Positions 10,442-18,819 of a DNA stretch of 64,000 nucleotides are shown here, in pieces. The DNA is from Candidatus Krumholzibacteriota bacterium. GTDB lineage: Bacteria; Krumholzibacteriota; Krumholzibacteriia; Krumholzibacteriales; Krumholzibacteriaceae. Below the pieces are notes generated by a model that made no database searches, was not told where the DNA came from, and saw only the letters and a list, made by a program, of their open reading frames with translations. A program made the position numbers and the translations under genes. The stretch covers positions 9,002 through 73,001 of the forward strand of contig JAFGCX010000034.1 of NCBI GenBank assembly GCA_016932415.1, given 5' to 3'. The first letter of the stretch is position 1; each line of letters opens with the position of its first letter.

Positions 10442-10512
10442 TGGGGCGTCGTCAAGTGGCAAGACACAGGATTTTGGTTCCTGCATCGGAGGTTCGAATC
10501 CTCCCGCCCCAG
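10442..10512 (+). tRNA. tRNA-Gln (anticodon TTG), CCA not encoded
   Basis: Acceptor stem TGGGGCG/CGCCCCA, anticodon arm CAGGA-TTTTGGT-TCCTG, T arm GGAGG-TTCGAAT-CCTCC. Confidence 0.96.
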
Positions 10513-10525
10513 CTATAAAGGCTGC

Positions 10526-10550
10526 GTGACCGGGAAGGTCATTTTTTTTT
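10526..10550 (+). terminator. Probable intrinsic terminator after tRNA-Gln
   Basis: GTGACC-GGGAA-GGTCAT hairpin followed by a T-run (10542-10550). Confidence 0.6.
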
Positions 10551-10566
10551 CGGAGGAATTATAGAT

Positions 10567-11502
10567 ATGACTGATATGATTAAATTGCTGTCGGGCAACG
10601 CGAACCCGGATCTTTCCAGCAGGATCGCCTCGTATCTGAAGACAGACCTCTGCGATGTTGAAGTAGGAAGATTTTCCGATGGAGAGATAAGAGTCAATAT
10701 CAACGAGAATATAAGGGGCAAGGACGTCTTTATTATCCAGCCCACATTTCCTCCGGCGGAAAATCTTATGGAGCTTTTGATCCTTGTCGACGCCTGCTAC
10801 AGGGCATCAGCGAGCAGGATAACAGCGGTCATGCCATATTACGGATATGCCCGCCAGGACAGAAAAGACCAGCCCCGAGTCCCTATCACAGCAAAGCTTA
10901 TCGCTAATCTGATAGAGACGGCCGGCACCAGCAGGGTCCTCGCCCTGGAACTCCATGCTGCCCAGATCCAGGGATTTTTTGATGTTCAGGTTGATAATCT
11001 TTTTGCGGTACCGGTGCTTCTTGAATATATTAGGGGGAAAAATTTAAAGGACCTTACCGTCGTATCACCTGATGTCGGGGGGATAAAGATGGGAAGAGCC
11101 TTCGCGAAACGCCTTGGCGCGGACCTGGCGATCGTCGACAAACGCAGGACGGGAGCTGACGCGTCCGAGGTGATGAACATAATAGGTGAGGTCGATGGCA
11201 GTGATATTATTATCATTGACGATATAATAAGTACTGCCGGGACGATCACCAAGGCGGCGAAGGCTTTGAGAGATGCGGGAGCGGGAAAGATCATAGCCGC
11301 GGCGACCCATCCGGTCTTTTCCGGCGAAGCGATCGAACGGCTTGAGAGTTCCTGCATCGAAGAGGTCGTTGTTACGAATTCGATTCCGCTCAACGGCAAG
11401 GAAAGGTGTAAGAAGATCAAAGTCCTCGATATATCCGCTCTGTTGGGCGAAGCGATCATGAGGATCCATAATGAGGAATCGATCAGTATGTTATTTATCT
11501 AG
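10567..11502 (+). CDS. prs: Ribose-phosphate pyrophosphokinase
   Basis: FSDGEI.V, PYYGYARQDRK, VSPDVGG, IIDDIISTAGT. Confidence 0.99.
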   Translation: MTDMIKLLSGNANPDLSSRIASYLKTDLCDVEVGRFSDGEIRVNINENIRGKDVFIIQPTFPPAENLMELLILVDACYRASASRITAVMPYYGYARQDRKDQPRVPITAKLIANLIETAGTSRVLALELHAAQIQGFFDVQVDNLFAVPVLLEYIRGKNLKDLTVVSPDVGGIKMGRAFAKRLGADLAIVDKRRTGADASEVMNIIGEVDGSDIIIIDDIISTAGTITKAAKALRDAGAGKIIAAATHPVFSGEAIERLESSCIEEVVVTNSIPLNGKERCKKIKVLDISALLGEAIMRIHNEESISMLFI

Positions 11503-11514
11503 TTCGGAGGAAAA

Positions 11515-12198
11515 ATGAAACAGGTAGAATTAAGCGCCCGGGTAAGATCAGATTCGGGCAAGAAAGTAGCACACACTCTGAGGTCGGGCGGAGAGATCCC
11601 CGGTATTTTATACGGACACAAGGAAGAACCCGTGTCACTGGCGATTCCAGCTCACGAATTCTGGACGATACTCCACCATGCCACGACGGAACATCTTATT
11701 CTGAGCGTGACGGTAGATGGCCTGGAAAAGGGCACCATGCTCACGCTGGTAAAGGCCGTGCAGCATCACCCTGTCACCGGTGATATCCTTCATGTCGATC
11801 TCCAGAGAATATCAAGTGATGAGAAGATCAAGGTCGGAGTTCCGGTAAACCTGATAGGCATACCGAAGGGCGTCAAGGACTTCGGCGGGATCCTAGACCA
11901 CAGGGCCAGGGAAGTCAGGATCATTTCGACTCCGGCGAATATTCCCGAGTCGATCGATATTGACGTGTCCCATCTTCTTCTCGGCGATTCGATCCACGTG
12001 GAAGATATCATCGGCCAATTCAAGGAACTTGATATCTTCGACGACGATTCGACCCTGATCGCAGCAGTCGCCGCGCCGAAAAAACTTGAACTTGAAGAGA
12101 TCGAAGCAGCGGAAGCGGCTGAAGGTGAGGAAGCAGCGGAAGGGGCTGAAGGCAAGGATTCTGAGTCTGAAGACGCTGACGAGGAAAAGAGCGACTAG
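11515..12198 (+). CDS. rplY: 50S ribosomal protein L25/Ctc (long form)
   Basis: LRSGGEIPGILYG, VQHHPVTG.ILHVD, GVK.FGG, acidic tail. Confidence 0.96.
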   Translation: MKQVELSARVRSDSGKKVAHTLRSGGEIPGILYGHKEEPVSLAIPAHEFWTILHHATTEHLILSVTVDGLEKGTMLTLVKAVQHHPVTGDILHVDLQRISSDEKIKVGVPVNLIGIPKGVKDFGGILDHRAREVRIISTPANIPESIDIDVSHLLLGDSIHVEDIIGQFKELDIFDDDSTLIAAVAAPKKLELEEIEAAEAAEGEEAAEGAEGKDSESEDADEEKSD

Positions 12199-12204
12199 GC
12201 GGGT

Positions 12205-12780
12205 ATGTCCGATATATCTTTTCTTTGCGGACTTGGAAATCCCGGTGGAAAATACAGATCGACCAGACACAATCTTGGATTCGATACTCTCGATCTTCTC
12301 GCCAGGCGGAGAAAGCTCGAATGGAAGAATCGAAGGGATACGGCGCTTGTTTCAAGATGGAGCGTGGCCGGTCGGGATATCGTCCTCATCAAACCGCTCA
12401 CATATATGAACCTCTCGGCACAGGCGCTCGAGCTTTTCCCCTCGATATCCGGAGAATCCCTTCTGGTCATCTGCGACGATATAAACCTGCCACTGGGCCG
12501 TCTTAGAATAAGGGAAGGCGGGGGAAGCGGAGGCCACAGGGGGCTTGAGTCGATAAGCGGATATCTGGCAACAGACCGGTACCCGCGGCTCAGAATGGGA
12601 GCAGGCCCCTCCCCTGATGGTGAGGAATGGAGCGATTTTGTCCTTTCTCCTTTTACTGCTATTGAAAAACCGCTTGCCGAAAAAATGGTGGAAGAGGGTG
12701 TCGATGCTATCGAGTTCGTGGTACGGGAAGGTATCGAGGCTGCCCAGAGAGAGTTCAACAGGCGAATGGGTGGCCAGTGA
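12205..12780 (+). CDS. pth: Peptidyl-tRNA hydrolase
   Basis: GLGNPG..Y..TRHNLGF, KPLTYMNLS, GGSGGHRGL.S. Confidence 0.97.
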   Translation: MSDISFLCGLGNPGGKYRSTRHNLGFDTLDLLARRRKLEWKNRRDTALVSRWSVAGRDIVLIKPLTYMNLSAQALELFPSISGESLLVICDDINLPLGRLRIREGGGSGGHRGLESISGYLATDRYPRLRMGAGPSPDGEEWSDFVLSPFTAIEKPLAEKMVEEGVDAIEFVVREGIEAAQREFNRRMGGQ

Positions 12781-12805
12781 GAGCTGGATAAGCTTATTAT
12801 CTGTC

Positions 12806-12834
12806 TTGACTGTGCCGTGCGTCTTTGCTATATT
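12806..12834 (+). promoter_or_regulatory. sigma70 promoter of rpsF-rpsR-rplI
   Basis: TTGACT-N17-TATATT with extended TGn -10. Confidence 0.7.
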
Positions 12835-12900
12835 GCCAGGACTGAAGGCCTGCCATTCACCAGGTGTTTTTTAAGGCAGGCGATAAAATCAATGATTGAA

Positions 12901-12955
12901 TCCCTACTTTCCCACTGAAGAGGAAGGGAAAGTCGAGAACGTCCGAAGGGAGGAA
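12901..12955 (+). promoter_or_regulatory. Probable S6:S18 ribosomal-protein leader RNA
   Basis: Hairpin ACTTTCCC...GGGAAAGT; upstream TCCCT can pair with AGGGA in the rpsF SD; located directly 5' of rpsF. Confidence 0.6.
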
Positions 12956-12962
12956 CCCGCCA

Positions 12963-13295
12963 ATGCGTGCCTATGAGTGCGTTTATATCCTTGACCCATC
13001 TCTTGAAGAAATGGCTGTCAAAGAGAAGACAACCCGTTTCGACGAGATCGTGAAATCCAGGAAAGGTTCGGTCGAGACGATCGATATCTGGGGTAAACGG
13101 AGGCTTGCGTATCCGATCGCCAAGAAATTCGAAGGGACATATGTCCTTATGCGATTTCATGGAAATAATGAGATCCTTGAAGAACTCAACAGGATATACA
13201 GGTTCGACGATGCCGTTTTACGTCATCTTATCGTCATCGATGAAAATCCGCCGGCTGTAAAAGCTGAAACTGCAACCGACGAGATAATGGAGTAG
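12963..13295 (+). CDS. rpsF: 30S ribosomal protein S6
   Basis: [27 protein letters not shown]. Confidence 0.98.
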   Translation: MRAYECVYILDPSLEEMAVKEKTTRFDEIVKSRKGSVETIDIWGKRRLAYPIAKKFEGTYVLMRFHGNNEILEELNRIYRFDDAVLRHLIVIDENPPAVKAETATDEIME

Positions 13296-13300
13296 TAAAA

Positions 13301-13558
13301 ATGGGTGGAAAATCTATAGCAAAGAAGAAGAAAAAAGACAGGAAGACAACGAATAAGCCGTGCCGTTTCTGCGCCGACAAGCTCAGTATCGATTACAAGG
13401 ACGATGTGCTTCTGCGCCGGTTTATTACCGACAGGGGGAAGATCTCTCCCAGGAGGATAACCGGTACCTGCGCGCGTCACCAGAGACAGCTTGCGCACGC
13501 TATAAAACGGGCCAGGGCGATCGCGCTCCTGCCGTTCGTAAAGATATATTTCCGATAG
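13301..13558 (+). CDS. rpsR: 30S ribosomal protein S18 (Cys-containing type)
   Basis: CRFC...IDYKD..LLRRFIT.RGKI.PRRITG.CARHQR. Confidence 0.98.
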   Translation: MGGKSIAKKKKKDRKTTNKPCRFCADKLSIDYKDDVLLRRFITDRGKISPRRITGTCARHQRQLAHAIKRARAIALLPFVKIYFR

Positions 13559-13570
13559 GGAGAGTTTGAA

Positions 13571-14014
13571 ATGGAACTATTATTGAAAACCAGCGTTCCC
13601 GGACTCGGAGAGCGTGGAGACATAGTCAAAGTCAAGCCTGGCTACGCGAGAAACTATCTTTTGCCGAAGAAGATGGCCGTGCCTGCTACCGAATCGATGA
13701 AGAGAGTGATTTTACAGGAGAATCGCCTTATCGAGATCAGGGAAGACAAGGTCAAGCGTTCTCTTCAGGAAGTGGCAAAGAAGATGAAGGACCTTTCCTG
13801 TACGATCGTCGTCCAGGCGGGTGAAGAAGACAAGTTATACGGCAGCGTGACCGCCCATGATATCGCTGAAGCGATATCGCAGCAGGGATTCGATGTCGAT
13901 CAGAAGATGGTCATGCTGGAGGACCCGATCAAGATGCTGGGCGTCTATACTGTTGATATACGGATCCATCGAGAGATCGAACTGCCCGTAAAGATCTGGG
14001 TTGTAAAAGAATAG
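13571..14014 (+). CDS. rplI: 50S ribosomal protein L9
   Basis: LGERGDIVKVKPGYARNYLLP, KLYGSVT, PIK.LG. Confidence 0.98.
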   Translation: MELLLKTSVPGLGERGDIVKVKPGYARNYLLPKKMAVPATESMKRVILQENRLIEIREDKVKRSLQEVAKKMKDLSCTIVVQAGEEDKLYGSVTAHDIAEAISQQGFDVDQKMVMLEDPIKMLGVYTVDIRIHREIELPVKIWVVKE

Positions 14015-14042
14015 GGTATAAGCCGGAGACAGGAGGTCTGTC

Positions 14043-15419
14043 ATCGATATCCCGAAAAATATATTCAGGGAATATGATATAAGGGGCCTGGTCGACAAGG
14101 ATCTTACTCCCGATAACGTAAGATTGCTCGGTGGAGCTATCGCGGTGACGTTGCGACGTGAAGATATCGGTACGGCAGTCGTCGGAAGAGATGTACGCCC
14201 CAGTAGCAACAGTTATTTTGATGCGATGACCGACGGGCTTATGAAGGGTGGGATCGATGTTGTCGATATAGGGACAGTTCCCACACCAGTGCTTTATTTC
14301 GCCGCTGAAAGATGGGGCATCAGGGGCGGAGTAATGATAACGGCAAGTCATAATCCAGCAGAATTCAACGGATTCAAAATAATCCGGGGCGACGGATCGG
14401 TATATGGCAAGGATATTCTCGAACTCCACGCGATCATAGAAGCTGGTGGTCTTTACTCGGATGGAAACGGGAAAATGACAAAGAGGGATGCCAACAGCGA
14501 ATATATTGAATATCTCGTTTCCAATATCAAGCTGGCAAGGCCTGTCAGGTTCGCCATTGATGGCGGCAACGGGACGTCGGGGATATCGGCTCCGGAGATA
14601 TTCAGGAGACTCGGTTGTGACCCCGTCGAACTTTTCATGGAGCCGGATGGCACTTTTCCCAACCACCACCCCGATCCTACCGTTGAAAAAAATCTCGTGG
14701 ACCTGAAAAAGGCTGTTATCGAGGGTGGTCTTGAACTCGGCATAGGATTCGATGGAGATACCGACAGGATCGGAGTCCTTGATGATAAAGGGAATATCAT
14801 CCGCGGAGACAGCCTCCTGGCGATATACAGCAGAGAAATTCTTGCCGATAATCCAGGTTCGTCGGTTATCTTCGAAGTTAAATGCTCACAGGGACTCGAA
14901 GAGGATATTTTAGCCCATGGCGGAAAACCAATCATGTGGAAAACGGGGCATTCTCTTATAAAAAAGAAGATGAAGGAAGAGGGAGCTCTTCTTGCCGGTG
15001 AGATGAGCGGCCACCAGTTTTTCGCCGACAGGTATTTCGGTTTTGATGACGCGATATACGCTGCGTGCAGGCTTCTCGAAATCGTTTCGAGGAGTGAAGT
15101 CCCTCTCAGTGAAATTTATAAGAGTCTTCCTCAATATATCAATACCCCGGAGATTCGTGTCGATTGCACCGATGAAAGCAAATTCAGAATAGTGAACGAG
15201 ATACGGGATTATTTCAGGGCGACGAGGGAAGTCATAGATGTAGATGGCGCCAGGGTAAGATTCGACAAGGGATGGGGTCTGATAAGGGCTTCGAATACTC
15301 AACCTGTGCTGGTCCTGAGGTTCGAAGCGACCGATAAAGAAGCTCTCGATGAGATCCGAAGGGAATTCTTCGCCATACTCGGTAAATATATCGATATTTC
15401 GGGAATTATCGATGGATGA
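14043..15419 (+). CDS. manB: Phosphomannomutase/phosphoglucomutase (ManB/AlgC-like); probable ATC start
   Basis: IFREYDIRG lies upstream of the ORF-track start at 14124; ITASHNP, DGDTDR, GEMSGH, RASNTQP; SD AGGAGG at 14031-14036. Confidence 0.93.
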   Translation: MDIPKNIFREYDIRGLVDKDLTPDNVRLLGGAIAVTLRREDIGTAVVGRDVRPSSNSYFDAMTDGLMKGGIDVVDIGTVPTPVLYFAAERWGIRGGVMITASHNPAEFNGFKIIRGDGSVYGKDILELHAIIEAGGLYSDGNGKMTKRDANSEYIEYLVSNIKLARPVRFAIDGGNGTSGISAPEIFRRLGCDPVELFMEPDGTFPNHHPDPTVEKNLVDLKKAVIEGGLELGIGFDGDTDRIGVLDDKGNIIRGDSLLAIYSREILADNPGSSVIFEVKCSQGLEEDILAHGGKPIMWKTGHSLIKKKMKEEGALLAGEMSGHQFFADRYFGFDDAIYAACRLLEIVSRSEVPLSEIYKSLPQYINTPEIRVDCTDESKFRIVNEIRDYFRATREVIDVDGARVRFDKGWGLIRASNTQPVLVLRFEATDKEALDEIRREFFAILGKYIDISGIIDG

Positions 15420-15485
15420 TACCGTATAATATCAAGCCTGGTTGAATCATTTCTGTCGCTTTCGATCCTGATTGTGGGGTATATA

Positions 15486-16553
15486 GTGTACGCTGCCATC
15501 CTTGCAGGAGGAAAAGGTAAACGCTTCTGGCCTTTGAGCAGAGCTGAGAGACCGAAACAGTTTATAGATATATCCGGTTCTGGAACAATGCTGTCAGTTA
15601 CATTTGACAGGGTCTCATCACTGATCGACCCCTCGAAGATATTCGTCCTTACCGTCGAGAGCCAGGTCGATCTGGTCCACCAGCAGCTTCCACTGATACC
15701 CGAAGCCAATATATTTCCCGAACCTGCCGGAAGAAACACCGCCCCTTCCCTTGCCGTAGCGGCGGCGATGGCCCTGGCAGCGGGAGATGATGAACCTCTG
15801 CTCTGCTGTCCGTCAGATCATATAATAAACGATGCTTCGTCATTTGAAAGAGTCGTCAGGCAAGCTGCCGTGATAGCTTCGAAGCAGGATATTCTGATCA
15901 CTTTCGGAATCAGGCCGGTTTATCCTTCCACGGGATACGGCTATATAGAATCGGGTAGCCCCCTGGATGGTGGAAATGGCGATATCTATTCAGTCAGCAG
16001 ATTCCATGAAAAACCGGAAATAGAAAAGGCTCGCGATTATATAAACAGGAGCGGATATTACTGGAACAGCGGGATCTTCATGTGGAGGCCGTCAGTATTC
16101 CTCGACGCTTGGAAAAGGTTTGTCCCTGAGGGAACGGAACCGCTCGAGAGGATCTCCGAAGCGATAGGATCAAACCGGTTCATCGATACAGTCGGCCATC
16201 AATATCCATTGATGCCGGCGGTATCAGTCGATTACGGGATACTGGAGAAAGCCGATAATGTGGCGGTCATACCCGCCGATCTCGGCTGGAACGACGTCGG
16301 ATCATGGGACGCTCTCTATGATATTCTTCCCGCGGACGAAGACGGGAACAGAAGCCCGGGAAAAGTCGAATCGATCGATTCGACGGGCAATCTCTTCTTT
16401 CATCCGGGAGGAACGATCGCGGCTATTGGAGTGAAAGATCTGATAATAGTTGTAGATGGCGATACAGTCATGGTATGCGGCAAGGGAGAAAGCCAGCGCG
16501 TCAGGAGTCTGGTCGAGAAGATGGAAAAAGAAGGAAAAAAGGAGATTCTTTAG
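15486..16553 (+). CDS. manC: Mannose-1-phosphate guanylyltransferase
   Basis: ILAGG.G.RFWPLSR...PKQF, EPAGRNTAP, PSDH, TGYGYI, F.EKP, WNDVGSW. Confidence 0.95.
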   Translation: MYAAILAGGKGKRFWPLSRAERPKQFIDISGSGTMLSVTFDRVSSLIDPSKIFVLTVESQVDLVHQQLPLIPEANIFPEPAGRNTAPSLAVAAAMALAAGDDEPLLCCPSDHIINDASSFERVVRQAAVIASKQDILITFGIRPVYPSTGYGYIESGSPLDGGNGDIYSVSRFHEKPEIEKARDYINRSGYYWNSGIFMWRPSVFLDAWKRFVPEGTEPLERISEAIGSNRFIDTVGHQYPLMPAVSVDYGILEKADNVAVIPADLGWNDVGSWDALYDILPADEDGNRSPGKVESIDSTGNLFFHPGGTIAAIGVKDLIIVVDGDTVMVCGKGESQRVRSLVEKMEKEGKKEIL

Positions 16554-16577
16554 GACAGAGAGCAACAGGAGGTCGAA

Positions 16578-17780
16578 ATGACAGGGAAAAAAATACTGTT
16601 GGCAGTATTTTTAATGATACCGGGATTGATTCTCGTATCATGCGGGGAAAAGGACAAACCCCTGCAGATCAATGAAGGCGTTGCCGCCAGGATCGGAGAC
16701 AGGAAATTGACGGAAAGTGAGATCGACGAGATCTTCGAGACCCTGCCCGAAAATCAGAAAGATGATTTCAAAGGACCGAGAGGAAGGGCGAAGTTCGTCG
16801 ATATGGTAATAAATGATGAACTGCTCTTCCTTGCCGCGAAAAACATGAATCTCGCGAATGATCCCGAGACGAAGAAACAGATAGAGGTCGTGACGAGGAA
16901 GGTGCTCGTCTCCGCCTATTACAAAAAGCAGATCTTCGATAAAATCGAGATCTCTGATGAAGAGATCGAATCGTATTATAAAGACCATGAAGAAAGGTAC
17001 ACAAACAAGGCGATAATAAAAGCCCAGCATATTTTTTCCGTCGACAGCATGAAATGCGTCGCCTGGAAGAAAAGGATCGAAAATGGGGAAAAATTCAGCG
17101 CCATTGCCAAAGCCGAGTCAGAGGACAAATCCTCGGCGGAAGCTTACGGGTCGCTCGGTTATTTCAACACTGACGGTTATGTCAAATTCATCGGTGATTC
17201 AAAGGAGTTCAATGACGCTATTAAAGACCTCGAAACAGGCGAGATGAGCGATGTTATCAAACATAGAAAGGGATATTCGCTCGTTCGCATAAACGATAAA
17301 AAACCGGAATCGTTAAAACCTCTTTCCGAGGTGAGAAAGAGCATAATCGATATAATAAAGCAGGAAAAAGCGAAAGCCTCGATGGAGGTCGAGATAGAGT
17401 CATTGAGAGATAAATTCAAACCGGTAAATTATGCCCAGGAAGTCGTCATCGCGACGACCAGGACTCCCGAGCAGCTCTGGGAGATCGCCCAGGCTGAAGA
17501 CGCCGCGTATACCCGCGTTCTTTATTACAGGGAACTCGTCAACAAATATCCGGAACATAAATATGCCGCGCAGGCGCTTTTTATGATCGGATTCGTCTAT
17601 GGAGAAGAACTGAAGGACCTCACCCAGGCGCAGAGGACGTATAACGAACTCCTGGAAAAATATCCTGATTCTGAAGTCGCCAAATCGGCTGAATGGATGC
17701 TGGAAAATCTTCACAAGGAACATCCTAAATTCGAATCGATTGAAAATGTCCATGAAGAGATGAAGAAGGAAAGCGAGTAG
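16578..17780 (+). CDS. Lipoprotein: SurA/PpiC-type peptidyl-prolyl isomerase with C-terminal TPR
   Basis: Lipobox LVSC; AQHIF, FSAIAKAESED, GSLGYF; TPR-like KYPEHKYAAQALF / KYPDSEVA. Confidence 0.8.
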   Translation: MTGKKILLAVFLMIPGLILVSCGEKDKPLQINEGVAARIGDRKLTESEIDEIFETLPENQKDDFKGPRGRAKFVDMVINDELLFLAAKNMNLANDPETKKQIEVVTRKVLVSAYYKKQIFDKIEISDEEIESYYKDHEERYTNKAIIKAQHIFSVDSMKCVAWKKRIENGEKFSAIAKAESEDKSSAEAYGSLGYFNTDGYVKFIGDSKEFNDAIKDLETGEMSDVIKHRKGYSLVRINDKKPESLKPLSEVRKSIIDIIKQEKAKASMEVEIESLRDKFKPVNYAQEVVIATTRTPEQLWEIAQAEDAAYTRVLYYRELVNKYPEHKYAAQALFMIGFVYGEELKDLTQAQRTYNELLEKYPDSEVAKSAEWMLENLHKEHPKFESIENVHEEMKKESE

Positions 17781-17788
17781 AGACCGCG

Positions 17789-18274
17789 ATGGAACTTATC
17801 CAGGTCTACGTAAGCGCGATAGCGATCGACAAGGAGAGGGAGCATCCCGTCGTCCTTCTCAAGGCGGAGGGTGATGAGGAGATAATGCCGATATGGATAG
17901 GTCCCGCTGAGGCGTCTGCAATTTATACTGCCCTCTCCGGCAGTACTTTTGAAAGACCTATGACGCATGATCTGCTCAAACTGATAGTCGAGGAACTCGG
18001 AGCTGTCGTGAGCGCCATCGAGATAACAGGGATGCAGAAAGACACATACTTCGCGCGGATCATCCTTCAAAGAGGAGAGGAAGTCTTTTATATAGACGCC
18101 AGACCGAGTGATTCGATATCGCTGGCGCTGCGCTGCGGTTCACCGCTTTTCATGGAGAAGGAACTTTTTCATAAATTCAAAAGGGACCTGAAAGTCGGGA
18201 AGAACGCCGGGGAAGAGATCAAAAAACATTTCAGGGAACTCGACCCGGGCGAATTCGGAGATATTGATCTATAG
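17789..18274 (+). CDS. Bifunctional nuclease family (DUF151)
   Basis: PIWIG..EA.AI, RPMTHDL, IDARPSDSI.LALR. Confidence 0.92.
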   Translation: MELIQVYVSAIAIDKEREHPVVLLKAEGDEEIMPIWIGPAEASAIYTALSGSTFERPMTHDLLKLIVEELGAVVSAIEITGMQKDTYFARIILQRGEEVFYIDARPSDSISLALRCGSPLFMEKELFHKFKRDLKVGKNAGEEIKKHFRELDPGEFGDIDL

Positions 18275-18284
18275 GAGGAATCTG

Positions 18285-18809
18285 TTGATCGAGCCTTTTC
18301 AGGGGATCAGCCCCGTCATCGGCAGTGATGTATATATAGCCGGCAGCGCGAGCGTAATCGGAGAGGTGACTATCGGCAACCGGTCGAGCGTGTGGCATGG
18401 GGCGGTCGTGAGGGGTGACTGTTGGAAGATCAGCATCGGCGAATCGACGAACATTCAGGATTGCTGCGTCTGTCACGTGACGACTGGAGGTCCGCCGCTG
18501 ATAATAGGAGATAATGTGACTGTCGGGCACGGAGCAGTGCTTCACTCCTGCATGATCGGGAACGGATCGTTGATTGGTATGGGCGCGGTAGTCCTCGACG
18601 GAGCGGAGATCGGAGAGGGATCGATCATAGCGGCTAACAGTGTCGTGCTCGAGAATACCGTCATACCTCCCGGATCGCTGGTCGCCGGTGTTCCCGGGTC
18701 CGTGAAGAAAAAGATCGACGCGGATTCGCGGTCCAGGCTTGTCGAACAGGCGCGGGAATACCATCAACTGGCGTTGTCATATCTGGGATCAGGCAATTTC
18801 TCGCGTTAA
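18285..18809 (+). CDS. Gamma-carbonic anhydrase family (YrdA-like)
   Basis: Hexapeptide repeats, VVRGD, TNIQD.CV.H, VTVGH.AVLH; TTG start after AGGAGG. Confidence 0.92.
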   Translation: MIEPFQGISPVIGSDVYIAGSASVIGEVTIGNRSSVWHGAVVRGDCWKISIGESTNIQDCCVCHVTTGGPPLIIGDNVTVGHGAVLHSCMIGNGSLIGMGAVVLDGAEIGEGSIIAANSVVLENTVIPPGSLVAGVPGSVKKKIDADSRSRLVEQAREYHQLALSYLGSGNFSR

Positions 18810-18819
18810 GGATGTCTTT

